Source: Thermoleophilia bacterium (lineage in GTDB: Bacteria > Actinomycetota > Thermoleophilia > RBG-16-64-13). Taken from it: 51,863 bases of DNA. The translations under genes were made by a program, and so were the position numbers. Position 1 is the first letter of the stretch, and every line of letters begins with the position of its first letter. This document shows, one piece after another, positions 28,378 through 37,524 of this stretch. The DNA lies in assembly GCA_040768135.1 (NCBI GenBank), contig JAXGNF010000008.1, positions 1-51,863 on the forward strand, in the 5' to 3' direction. Below the pieces are notes generated by a model. It ran no database searches and was not told where the DNA came from. It saw only the letters and a list, made by a program, of their open reading frames with translations.

Positions 28378-28401
28378 CCCTACTCTCTCTTAACTTCAAC
28401 C

Positions 28402-30132
28402 ATGCAGGAGCTCGATCTCATCCTCACGCTGGCCGCCGGCCTCACGGCTGCTCTGGTACTGGGCTATGTGACACAGCGCATCGGTCTATCGCCCATTGTC
28501 GGCTATCTCATCGCCGGCATCGCGTTGGGGCCGGCCACGCCGGGCTTCGATGCCAACCGCGAAGTGGCGGCTCAACTCGCGGACGTCGGGGTCATACTTC
28601 TGATGTTCGGCGTGGGGCTACAGTTCCACTTCCGGGAACTCCTGGCGGTACGAAGGGTCGCGGTGCCGGGAGCGTTGGCCCAGATCGTGATAGTGACCGC
28701 ACTGGGAGCCGCAGTGTTGGTATGGGCCGGAGGCACATGGCCGTCGGGCATCGTGTACGGCTTCGCCATCTCCCTGGCCAGTTCGGTCGTTCTTATCCGC
28801 GTCCTCTCCGATCACGACCACCTCCACACGCCTACCGGCCACATAGCCGTCGGCTGGGAGGTTTTGAAGGATCTCTTCACCGTAGTCGCCCTCGTGCTCA
28901 TCCCCCTGTTCTTTGGAGGCGCAGAAGGCTCCGCTGGCGACGCAGCCCTGCAGATATTCTATGCGCTTCTCAAGATCGTAGGACTGCTGATCTTCACCAT
29001 TGTGGTGGGCAGTCGGGTCATTCCCTGGATCCTCGGCCGCGTGGCAGCGGCCCGCTCGCGCGAGCTCTTCACCCTCACAATATTGGTTGTCGCGCTAGGG
29101 ATCGCGGTCGGTTCAGCGAAGGTCTTCGGAGTCTCGATGGCTTTGGGAGCGTTGCTGGCAGGACTGGTGGTAGGTCGGTCTGATTTCAGCTTCCGCGCCG
29201 CCTCTGAAGCTCTACCCATGCGCGACGCTTTCGCGGTGTTGTTCTTCGTCTCGGTGGGGATGCTCTTCGAACCTTCTTCCATCGTGAGATCTCCCGGACT
29301 TCTGCTCCTCACCCTGGCGCTCGTGATGATCGCCAAGCCGCTGATAGCGCTCGCAACCACCACTCTCCTCGGCTACCCCAGCAGGATCGGGCTCGGAGTG
29401 GCTGCTTCCCTCGGTCAGATCGGGGAGTTCTCGTTCATCATCGCGACGCTCGGGGTCGGACTCGGGATCTTCTCCGCCGATGCGGTGAACGGCCTGATCG
29501 GAGCCGCCGTCGTCTCCATCTCGCTCAGTTCGCTCGTATATAAGACGGTCGGACCTCTGAGCCGCTGGGTCTCGCGGCGACCACGCCTGTCCCATGCCCT
29601 CAACTTCCGAGTCCCCGCTACGACCCCGACTCCGATGTCTACGACCGAAAGCCCCCCGCTCGACCCACAGCACCGGGCGGTCATCGTGGGCTACGGTCCG
29701 GTGGGCCGCACCCTTGCCCGGCTGCTCCAAGAGCAGGGGATCGAGCCTACGATCATAGAGATGAACCTCAAGACCGTGCAGGAGTTGAAGAAGGCCGGTG
29801 TCAGGGTCTTCTTCGGCGACGCCACCCTTCGGCCCATCTTGGAACAGTCGGGGGTCGCGACCGCGGGAACCCTGGTCCTGACCGTGTCAGGATTCAGGAA
29901 CGCTAAGGAGGTGATCAAGCTCGCCCGGCAATTGAACCCCAAGATCCACGTGATCGTGAGGGCCGCCTACCTGGCCGATATCCCCGACCTGCGCGCCGCC
30001 GGAGCCGACCAGGTGTTCTCCGGTGAGGGCGAAGTGGCCCTCGGCATGACGGAATACGTTCTTTCTGAGTTGGGCGCCACCCCCGATCAGATCGATCGCG
30101 AACGAGCGCGCGTCCACGGGGAGCTTTTCTAA
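28402..30132 (+). CDS. CPA2 cation:proton antiporter with TrkA-N/RCK domain (YbaL/RosB/Kef-like)
   Basis: SPIVGYL, GVILLMFGVGL.F, RDAFAVLFFVSVG, QIGEFSF, IVGYGPVG, GDAT. Confidence 0.92.
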   Translation: MQELDLILTLAAGLTAALVLGYVTQRIGLSPIVGYLIAGIALGPATPGFDANREVAAQLADVGVILLMFGVGLQFHFRELLAVRRVAVPGALAQIVIVTALGAAVLVWAGGTWPSGIVYGFAISLASSVVLIRVLSDHDHLHTPTGHIAVGWEVLKDLFTVVALVLIPLFFGGAEGSAGDAALQIFYALLKIVGLLIFTIVVGSRVIPWILGRVAAARSRELFTLTILVVALGIAVGSAKVFGVSMALGALLAGLVVGRSDFSFRAASEALPMRDAFAVLFFVSVGMLFEPSSIVRSPGLLLLTLALVMIAKPLIALATTTLLGYPSRIGLGVAASLGQIGEFSFIIATLGVGLGIFSADAVNGLIGAAVVSISLSSLVYKTVGPLSRWVSRRPRLSHALNFRVPATTPTPMSTTESPPLDPQHRAVIVGYGPVGRTLARLLQEQGIEPTIIEMNLKTVQELKKAGVRVFFGDATLRPILEQSGVATAGTLVLTVSGFRNAKEVIKLARQLNPKIHVIVRAAYLADIPDLRAAGADQVFSGEGEVALGMTEYVLSELGATPDQIDRERARVHGELF

Positions 30133-30163
30133 GACGACCGGCTCAGGTACCGGCCCAGGTCGG

Positions 30164-30508
30164 CTACCTGTTGTCCGAACAGGCCTCGTTATGACAGATC
30201 CCCGCAACACCGTCTAGAGCAACCACGAAGGCGATCCCCTTGCCCGGCAGATTCAGCTGTGTCGCCTCAACTATGCGCTCGAGCACCTGTCGGCTCAGCG
30301 TATGGGGCACAACGGTGAGCAGGATCTCTTTCTCGGGTTCGATGGGAACGCCCAGGATCGTACGCTTCTCGTGAATGCCTGCCCCCCGGCCGTACAGAAC
30401 AGTGCCCCCCTCAGCACCCGCCTCCCGGGATGCCCGTAGGGCCTTCTCCGCCGATCCCTTAGGGATGATGGTCACAATAAGATCATGGTGGAGTTCTTCA
30501 GGATTCAT
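30164..30508 (-). CDS. PII-like signal transduction protein (DUF1538-associated type)
   Basis: AGAEGGTV..GRG, EPEKE, PGKGIAFV. Confidence 0.85.
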   Translation of the reverse strand: MNPEELHHDLIVTIIPKGSAEKALRASREAGAEGGTVLYGRGAGIHEKRTILGVPIEPEKEILLTVVPHTLSRQVLERIVEATQLNLPGKGIAFVVALDGVAGICHNEACSDNR

Positions 30509-31238
30509 ATTCCTTGCGCCTCCAAGGTGGTTTGTAGATCAGTCCCAACAACAGTATGCAGATTATAGGAGCCATACCCACCACCGCAATGAGACCCAGC
30601 CCCTCAACCGCCGGGTCTCCACCCATCCCCAGAGCGGCTCCTATGGCCAGTGACATGACAAACGTCACCGACATAGGACCTGTGGCCACCGCCCCTGCAT
30701 CATACGCCAGCGCTGTGAAGGAGGAATGAGAAAGGGCCACCAAGATCACGGCCAGGAGATAACCGGGGCCCACAATGTAAAGAAGAGGAATCCCGTACCG
30801 GATCCGTACCATGTTCAGGGCCACCGAGACCGCTACGCCCAAAGCGATCGTGTACAGGATGGTCCGCTCTTTCAGATAGCCGCTTGAGAAGCGGTCGACT
30901 TGCCCGGCAAGGATGCGCACCGCGGGCTCGGCCAGCGTCGCGGTGAGGCCGATAGCGAACCCTGTGACGATCGAAACGCCCACAGACCGTTCCGTAACCA
31001 GACGGAATCCCATCTCTCTGGCGTAGGGGATAAAACCGATCCGCACCCCCATCAAAAAGATCGTCAGACCCAGGGCGGCGATGATCATCCCTCTTACCAT
31101 GGCCCATAACGATTCTTTGGGAACGTCCCGGAAGAAAATGAGAAAGACCACAGCCAGTACTGCCACCAAGGGTCCCAGGGCCTGACCCGACTCACTCAGG
31201 GTGTCGAGTAGAAGGGCGCCTATGGCCTGATCGTTCAC
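30498..31238 (-). CDS. DUF1538 family membrane protein
   Basis: GL.IFL.G...GFIP, TLAEPAVRIL, DAGAVATGPMSV. Confidence 0.85.
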   Translation of the reverse strand: MNDQAIGALLLDTLSESGQALGPLVAVLAVVFLIFFRDVPKESLWAMVRGMIIAALGLTIFLMGVRIGFIPYAREMGFRLVTERSVGVSIVTGFAIGLTATLAEPAVRILAGQVDRFSSGYLKERTILYTIALGVAVSVALNMVRIRYGIPLLYIVGPGYLLAVILVALSHSSFTALAYDAGAVATGPMSVTFVMSLAIGAALGMGGDPAVEGLGLIAVVGMAPIICILLLGLIYKPPWRRKEYES

Positions 31239-31247
31239 AGCCCTCCT

Positions 31248-31940
31248 TTACGCGAAGAGACCGATGATGGCCAACACGAGCACAGGACCGAGCGAGGCGA
31301 TACCAATGAGGCCGAAGCCGTCTCCGAGCGAGCTCGCCTTCCCCACGGTGTGAGCCACACCGAGGCCGATCGCCATGATCAACGGCACTGTTAGCGGCCC
31401 GGTCGTCGACCAACCTGAGTCCAAAGAGATGGCGACGAACTCTGGAGCCACAAAAAGGAACAGCGCCAGGACAATCGCCCACCCCACCCCTAAGACAAGG
31501 GCTATGGGCACCCCGGTGACCTGACGTAGCACGGCCAAAGCCAGCGTGAACCCCAACCCCACCCCGATTATGAGCACGAGGACAGACGAGGTCAGGCGTC
31601 CGCTCGAAACACTGTCGATCACGTCGGAGAGTACCCGTACATCCGGTTCGGCGATGGTGGCGACAAACCCAATGATCAGCACCACCCCAACCAGTAGCCA
31701 AGCGGGAACCCGTTCGGGCAGATGAGCACCCACATACTCGCCCACCGGTATGAGGCCCAAACGGACGCCGACCAGAAAGAGAAAGAGTCCCACTATTACG
31801 AGGACCACCCCGATTCCGAACCGTGCGAACAGTTCCCAGGGTACCCTCACAACAACCAACTGCAGGAAGGCCACGAGCAACGCCACCGGTATCACCGGTC
31901 CCGCCACCTCGAGGAACGCATCGCGTATCTTCCTACTCAT
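31248..31940 (-). CDS. DUF1538 family membrane protein
   Basis: GLFLFLVG...GLIPVGE, TIAEPDVRVL, DSGWSTTGPLTVP, DGFGLIG. Confidence 0.87.
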   Translation of the reverse strand: MSRKIRDAFLEVAGPVIPVALLVAFLQLVVVRVPWELFARFGIGVVLVIVGLFLFLVGVRLGLIPVGEYVGAHLPERVPAWLLVGVVLIIGFVATIAEPDVRVLSDVIDSVSSGRLTSSVLVLIIGVGLGFTLALAVLRQVTGVPIALVLGVGWAIVLALFLFVAPEFVAISLDSGWSTTGPLTVPLIMAIGLGVAHTVGKASSLGDGFGLIGIASLGPVLVLAIIGLFA

Positions 31941-32098
31941 GAGCCTCCCACATCAGTTCACATCCATGCTACCCGAACCCGCCACGAGTCACGCTTCGTC
32001 CCTGCGGAGCGGGCGGAGCGCCCTAGACGACGGACCCCATGAGGACGGCTGATATAATCGCGCCACTCGGCGAGCGCTATCAAGGAGCCAACCGGCGC

Positions 32099-33862
32099 AT
32101 GGCAGTCTCTCTGTATCGCAAGTACCGCCCGGCGCGCTTCGAGGATATCATCGGGCAGGACCACGTGGCCCGTACCCTCGTCAACGCCATCAAGCTCGAT
32201 CGGGTAAGCCATGCCTATCTTTTCACCGGTCCGCGCGGTACAGGCAAGACCTCCACCGCCAAGATTCTGGCCATGGCCTTGAACTGCGAGGCCGGCGAAG
32301 GCAGACCCACGGCCACACCCGACGGCACCTGCCCGAACTGCCTGGCCATCCGTCGGGGAAGCGCTCTTGATGTGATCGAGATGGATGCGGCCTCCAACCG
32401 AGGCATCGACGACATCCGCGACCTTAGAGACAAAGTGCACTTTGCTCCGGTAGAGGGTCGCGTGAAAGTCTACATCATCGACGAGGTCCACATGTTGACC
32501 CCCGAGGCCTTCAACGCCCTGCTCAAGACCCTGGAGGAGCCCCCCGCCCACGCCGTCTTCGTCCTGGCCACTACCGAACCCCACAAAGTACCGGCCACTA
32601 TCCTGTCCCGCTGCCAGCGTTTTGATTTCCGCCGCCCGTCGGTGGGAGAAGTGGTCGGCGTACTGGCTGGGGTGGCTGCGCAAGAAGACATCGAAGTAGC
32701 CGAGACATCCCTCATGGTCATCGCCCGGGCGGCGGGAGGCAGCTTCCGCGACGCCGTCGGTATCCTCGACCAACTGGCCACCTACACCGGAGGGAAGATC
32801 TCCCTCGAGGAGACCCTCGACATCCTGGGGATAGTCCGCCACGACCTCCTCTTCGAGATCGTCGACCTGGTGCATGAGGAGGACACGCAAGGCGCTCTGC
32901 TCTTCGTCGAACGGCTGAGCCAAGCGGGGACCGACTACACCCAGTTCGTCAAAGACCTGCTGACCCACCTACGCGACCTCTACGTAGTCAAACACACCGA
33001 CGGCCTGCCCGCCGGTATCGCGGCAACTGAGGAACAATCCGATAGGCTGCGCAGCCAAGCCGGTCGGGTATCTGTAGCCCGCACCATCACCCTTATCGAC
33101 CTCCTCGGCGAGGCGTTACGCTCCATCCGACAAGGATCAGATCCGCGCTTGGAGTTGGAACTGGTGCTGATCAAGGCGACCGTCCTCGGAGCCGGGACGC
33201 CCCGTAGTGCTGGGGGGATATCTCGGAGCGCTGCAGAGGCGTCTCCCGGCGGCCCCACAGTACCGTCGGACGTGGAGACTGCACCGGCCGGCGACTCCAC
33301 AGTGCCATCGGGCATCGAGGGAGCAAGGACAGTCGACTCGACCCGATTTGCGACTCCCCCCCCGGCCCGTCCTTCGGACGCGTCCGAAACTGCCGCGCAC
33401 CCTGATTCACGGTCTGCTCCCGCCATCGCCACTGGATCGGGCACGCCGGCGGATTCGCGCAGCCGGGCCAGACCCACTGTAGCGCCCGACATCGACCACC
33501 TGAGGCGCGCATGGCCTTTGGTGCTCGAGGCCGTCAAAAAACGGGCCCCGGGCCTCCCCGCTCTGTTGGGAGAGGGCAGACCCGACAGTATCGAGGACAA
33601 CGAGCTGGTCATCAAGTTCCCCGCCGGCTATAGCTTCCAGGCCAACCAAGTCGCACGCGGGGACAACCCCCTGGCCATTGCCGAGGCGCTGCTCGAGGTC
33701 ACGGGTACGGAGCTCCGTGTGACCACGAAGCTTGCAACCGGTCCGACGCCTGAGCCGGCCACCAAAGACGAAGATGCTAGAATCCTGAGCAGGGACGAGT
33801 TGATCCGGGTGCTCAAGGAAGAGTTTGACGCCCAGATCATGGATGATGGGCCCACGCGCTAG
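32099..33862 (+). CDS. dnaX: DNA polymerase III subunit gamma/tau
   Basis: [40 protein letters not shown]; Pro/Ala/Ser/Thr linker before the C-terminal domain. Confidence 0.97.
   Translation: MAVSLYRKYRPARFEDIIGQDHVARTLVNAIKLDRVSHAYLFTGPRGTGKTSTAKILAMALNCEAGEGRPTATPDGTCPNCLAIRRGSALDVIEMDAASNRGIDDIRDLRDKVHFAPVEGRVKVYIIDEVHMLTPEAFNALLKTLEEPPAHAVFVLATTEPHKVPATILSRCQRFDFRRPSVGEVVGVLAGVAAQEDIEVAETSLMVIARAAGGSFRDAVGILDQLATYTGGKISLEETLDILGIVRHDLLFEIVDLVHEEDTQGALLFVERLSQAGTDYTQFVKDLLTHLRDLYVVKHTDGLPAGIAATEEQSDRLRSQAGRVSVARTITLIDLLGEALRSIRQGSDPRLELELVLIKATVLGAGTPRSAGGISRSAAEASPGGPTVPSDVETAPAGDSTVPSGIEGARTVDSTRFATPPPARPSDASETAAHPDSRSAPAIATGSGTPADSRSRARPTVAPDIDHLRRAWPLVLEAVKKRAPGLPALLGEGRPDSIEDNELVIKFPAGYSFQANQVARGDNPLAIAEALLEVTGTELRVTTKLATGPTPEPATKDEDARILSRDELIRVLKEEFDAQIMDDGPTR
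33255..33338 (+). repeat. 42-bp imperfect tandem duplication in the DnaX linker
   Basis: CCACAGTACCGTCGG...GACT (33255-33296) and CCACAGTGCCATCGG...GACT (33297-33338). Confidence 0.65.
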
Positions 33863-33881
33863 ATCAGCCGAGGAGATGCCG

Positions 33882-34199
33882 GTGAACCCAAACTATCAAA
33901 AAATGATGAAGCAGGTCCAGAAGATGCAGGCCGATATGGCCAAAATGCAGGAAGATCTGGCCAACGAAACGGTAGAGGCTTCCGCGGGCGGAGGCATGGT
34001 CACGGTGCAAGTCAGTGGAGCCATAGAGATCAAGAGCATCAAGATCGAACCCACGGCCGTCGATCCCGAAGACGTCGAGATGCTCGAAGACATGATCATG
34101 GCAGCCACCAACGAAGCCCTCCGTTCTGCGCAGGAACTGGCGAACAAGAAGCTGGGGGGCATCACCGCGGGCCTCAACATCCCCGGTCTGCCCTTCTAG
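33882..34199 (+). CDS. ybaB: YbaB/EbfC nucleoid-associated protein
   Basis: [28 protein letters not shown]; located between dnaX and recR. Confidence 0.95.
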   Translation: MNPNYQKMMKQVQKMQADMAKMQEDLANETVEASAGGGMVTVQVSGAIEIKSIKIEPTAVDPEDVEMLEDMIMAATNEALRSAQELANKKLGGITAGLNIPGLPF

Positions 34200-34270
34200 C
34201 CGCAGAGTTGCGCCCCCTCCGGCTCTGCAGCCCGGCCGTCTCGTAGCAACCCGCCCGGAAGTCACCACGC

Positions 34271-34876
34271 ATGTTCGGCCCTACCGTGCAGAAGCTCATC
34301 GATGAGTTGAGCAAACTACCCGGCATAGGGCCCAAGACGGCCCAACGCCTTACCTTCCACCTGCTGAAACTCCCCCCCGAGGACGCGCTGCCTCTGGCGC
34401 AGGCGCTCATTGACGTCAAGGAGGCCGTCCGTTTCTGCAACCGGTGTTTCAACCTCACCGAAGAGGAGCTGTGCGGAGTCTGCCTGGATCCGGCGCGAGA
34501 CCAGACCACCATCTGCGTAGTCGAAGAACCCAACGACCTCATCAGCATCGAGCGCACCCACGAGTATCGGGGGCTGTATCACGTGCTGGGAGGCGCTCTC
34601 TCTCCGCTGGACGGCATCGGACCGGACGATCTTCACGTGGCTGAGCTTCTAGAGCGTGTCAATGAGGGCGACATACGAGAGGTGATCGTGGCCACCAACC
34701 CCAACATGGCCGGAGAGGCCACCGCCCTCTACCTTGCTGAGGAACTGCGTCCCTTGATCTCTGCAGGGACACTCAGGGTCACCAGACCTGCAGCCGGTCT
34801 GCCCATGGGGGGCGATCTCGAATACGCCGACGAGGTCACTCTGGGCCGCGCACTGACCGGGCGGCGCGAGCTGTGA
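34271..34876 (+). CDS. recR: Recombination mediator RecR
   Basis: LPGIGPKTAQRL, C4 zinc finger, YHVLGG.LSPLDG, GEATA, LEYADE.TL. Confidence 0.97.
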   Translation: MFGPTVQKLIDELSKLPGIGPKTAQRLTFHLLKLPPEDALPLAQALIDVKEAVRFCNRCFNLTEEELCGVCLDPARDQTTICVVEEPNDLISIERTHEYRGLYHVLGGALSPLDGIGPDDLHVAELLERVNEGDIREVIVATNPNMAGEATALYLAEELRPLISAGTLRVTRPAAGLPMGGDLEYADEVTLGRALTGRREL

Positions 34877-34995
34877 CGTCTGTTCTCAGAAGACGGTAAC
34901 GTCCGCTCTGGGGAGACATCTCCCACCAAGCTCCAAAAAATCGGTTAGAATTCAGCGTTCTGGCAAATGGCGATCCAAGTGGAGCACTGATCCCC

Positions 34996-36345
34996 GTGGC
35001 CGAGTCACAGCAACCGCAGCAGAACCCGCTACCTGCGCCCGAGGACGCGCTCGGCTCGCAGTACGTCGTTATCGGCGGACCCGAGCGCAGGGCCGAGCGC
35101 ACCAATATCATCGTGATGAAATTCGGAGGAACGTCGGTAGCCGACGCCACGTGTATCAAGCGCGTCGCCAGCCGCATCGTGGAGGCCCGGGTGGCCGGCC
35201 ACCCGGTGGTCGCGGTGGTTTCGGCGCGAGGAGACACAACCGACGACCTCATTGAGATGGCGCACGAGATCTCAGAGGATCCGCCCGCGCGCGAGATGGA
35301 CATGCTGCTCTCCACGGGAGAACGTATCTCGGCGGCCCTGGTGGCTATGGCCATCTATGAATTGGGCTACGAAGCCATCTCGCTTACCGGGTCGCAGGCC
35401 GGCATCGTGACCGATACCGTTCACACTAAGGCGAAGATCCTCGACATCCGGCCTCACCGCATCTTCAAAGCCCTCGAAGAGGACAAGATCGTCCTGGTGG
35501 CGGGCTTCCAAGGAGTCTCGACGGCCCAGGACGTGACCACGCTCGGCCGGGGAGGCTCCGATACCACAGCGGTCGCATTGGCGGCGGCGTTGGGGGCAGA
35601 AGCCTGCATGATCTTCACCGATGTGGACGGCATCTACACTACCGATCCCCGCATTGTCCCCGAAGCCCGCAAACTGGATTTCATCTCCAACGACGAGATG
35701 CTGGAGCTCACTGCCGCCGGCGCCAAAGTCATGATGCTGCGCAGCATCGAGGTGGCCCGCCGGTTCGACGTGCCCCTATGGGTGCGCTCCAGCCTCACCA
35801 ATGCCCCCGGAACTCTGATAGGACCAGAAGGGAGAGGCATGGAACAAGCCATCGTTTCCGGTGTGACCTACGCTCTCGATGACGCCAAAGTCACCGTTCA
35901 CGATCTACCCGACCAGGTAGGAGTAGCTGCGAAGGTGTTCACCGCCCTCGCCCGGGCGAGCGTCAACGTCGATGTGATCATCCAGAACGTCTCGGCGGGC
36001 GGCGCAGCCGACATCTCGTTCACAGCGGCTGAGGCCGATCTTCCCAAGGTCTCCACAGTCCTCACCGAACTGCAAGAGGAGCTGGGCTTTTCCTCGTTTG
36101 ACTTGGACAAAGAGGTGGCCAAAGTCACCTTGGTGGGCGCTGGAATGAAAACCTATCCCGGGATCGCCGCGAGGATGTTCGAGGTACTGGCTGAGAACAA
36201 CATCAATATCGAGATGATCTCGACCAGCTCGATCAAGATCAGCTGCGTGATACGCAAGTCCCAGGTCGACACGGCTGTCAAGGCGCTTCATGCCGCCTTC
36301 AAACTCCACGAAGACATGGTGAGCCGTGAGGAGGTCTTCAGCTAA
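34996..36345 (+). CDS. lysC: Aspartate kinase (alpha subunit)
   Basis: [30 protein letters not shown], two ACT domains. Confidence 0.95.
   Translation: MAESQQPQQNPLPAPEDALGSQYVVIGGPERRAERTNIIVMKFGGTSVADATCIKRVASRIVEARVAGHPVVAVVSARGDTTDDLIEMAHEISEDPPAREMDMLLSTGERISAALVAMAIYELGYEAISLTGSQAGIVTDTVHTKAKILDIRPHRIFKALEEDKIVLVAGFQGVSTAQDVTTLGRGGSDTTAVALAAALGAEACMIFTDVDGIYTTDPRIVPEARKLDFISNDEMLELTAAGAKVMMLRSIEVARRFDVPLWVRSSLTNAPGTLIGPEGRGMEQAIVSGVTYALDDAKVTVHDLPDQVGVAAKVFTALARASVNVDVIIQNVSAGGAADISFTAAEADLPKVSTVLTELQEELGFSSFDLDKEVAKVTLVGAGMKTYPGIAARMFEVLAENNINIEMISTSSIKISCVIRKSQVDTAVKALHAAFKLHEDMVSREEVFS
35839..36345 (+). CDS. Aspartate kinase beta subunit (nested in-frame internal start)
   Basis: GAAGGGAGAGGC immediately before the in-frame ATG of MEQAIVSGV, at the start of the ACT region. 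Confidence 0.7.
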   Translation: MEQAIVSGVTYALDDAKVTVHDLPDQVGVAAKVFTALARASVNVDVIIQNVSAGGAADISFTAAEADLPKVSTVLTELQEELGFSSFDLDKEVAKVTLVGAGMKTYPGIAARMFEVLAENNINIEMISTSSIKISCVIRKSQVDTAVKALHAAFKLHEDMVSREEVFS

Positions 36346-36436
36346 AGGCCTCTGGAGCGGGTGGATCTGAGCCCCTCATGTGGGACAAGCGAAGCGTTTC
36401 GCCGAGGGACGGACGAAGAGGAACGGGGAGGGTGAG

Positions 36437-37384
36437 ATGGAAGCCATCGTGGTCGAGGGACTTCGCAAACAATTCGACCCACCCAAAGGCCCCGTAGCGG
36501 TGAACGACGTCTCGTTCGAGATCCAAGAGGGCGAGGTATTCAGCCTATTGGGTCCCAACGGCGCCGGCAAAACCACTGTTATCTCCATCCTGTCCTGCCT
36601 ACTCAAACCCGATGCAGGTGAGGCCCGGGTAGGCGGGTTCTCTGTGACCAAAGAGGCCGAGAAAGTCAAACGACTCATCGGCGTGGTGCCCCAAGACATA
36701 GCCCTGTATGAAGATCTGAGCGGTCGAGAGAACCTACTTTTCTGGGGTCGCATGTATGGATTGAGGGGAGCAGCTCTCAACAAGCGGGTGGACGAGGTGC
36801 TCGAACTCATAGGTTTGGTCGACCGGCAGAAAGACCGAGTCCAGAAGTACTCCGGCGGCATGAAGCGTCGAGTGAACATCGGAGCGGCCCTGTTGCACAG
36901 CCCTCGCCTCCTGTATCTCGATGAACCTACGGTGGGCATCGACCCCCAGAGCCGGCGGGCGATCCTCGAGGGAGTAAAGGCGTTCAACGCCGCCGGGGTC
37001 ACCGTGCTCTATACAACGCATTACATGGAAGAAGCCCAAGAGCTGTCCGACCGTATCGGGATCATGGACAAAGGCGCCATGATCGCTTTGGGTACCCAGG
37101 ATGAATTGGTCCGTTTGGTCGGGGAACAGACGCGCATCGACTTGGCGGTGGATCGTGCGGCCCAGACCCTGGCGACTAAGTGGCGCGGGCTTCCCGGGGT
37201 CTCCAGTGTCTCCGACCCCGAAAACGGACGGGTGGAGCTACTTGTCGACGACGCCAACACCCTCATGCCCCGGCTTTTTGACGAGGCTCGGACTGCAGGG
37301 GCACGCATCACCGAGATAAACCTGGCCGAACCGAATCTAGAAATGGTTTTTCTGCACCTTACCGGTCGGGCGTTACGGAACTGA
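36437..37384 (+). CDS. ABC-2 type exporter ATP-binding protein
   Basis: GPNGAGKT, YSGGMKRR, LDEPT, TTHYMEEA. Confidence 0.93.
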   Translation: MEAIVVEGLRKQFDPPKGPVAVNDVSFEIQEGEVFSLLGPNGAGKTTVISILSCLLKPDAGEARVGGFSVTKEAEKVKRLIGVVPQDIALYEDLSGRENLLFWGRMYGLRGAALNKRVDEVLELIGLVDRQKDRVQKYSGGMKRRVNIGAALLHSPRLLYLDEPTVGIDPQSRRAILEGVKAFNAAGVTVLYTTHYMEEAQELSDRIGIMDKGAMIALGTQDELVRLVGEQTRIDLAVDRAAQTLATKWRGLPGVSSVSDPENGRVELLVDDANTLMPRLFDEARTAGARITEINLAEPNLEMVFLHLTGRALRN

Positions 37385-37392
37385 CAGGTCGT

Positions 37393-37457
37393 AGGACTGT
37401 CAAGCCGCGAGGCCGAGAGACCAAAGGACTATCAAGCCGCGCGGCAAGGAGACTCAA
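37393..37457 (+). repeat. Imperfect 32-bp intergenic tandem duplication
   Basis: AGGACTGTCAAGCCGCGAGGCCGAGAGACCAA and AGGACTATCAAGCCGCGCGGCAAGGAGACTCAA. Confidence 0.7.
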
Positions 37458-37524
37458 GTGCTGACGATAGTCCAAGTACGATATTCACAGCACTGATGCC
37501 GGCCACAGGGGAGTTGAACCCTCG

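Noticed and set aside
26343-32012. CCCTGCGGAG(T/C)GG at 26343 and 32000 as island boundary repeats
   Set aside because: Short GC-rich match that includes the tRNA 5' flank rather than the 3' end; likely chance.
31958-32968. 336-aa antisense ORF over dnaX (and similar antisense ORFs, e.g. 15299-16258, 24589-25476, 43022-43876)
   Set aside because: Mirror-frame ORFs of conserved genes, with no motifs or RBS of their own.
34877-34995. Lysine riboswitch upstream of aspartate kinase
   Set aside because: The gap is only about 120 nt, includes a likely -10 (TAGAAT), and shows no recognisable L-box core.
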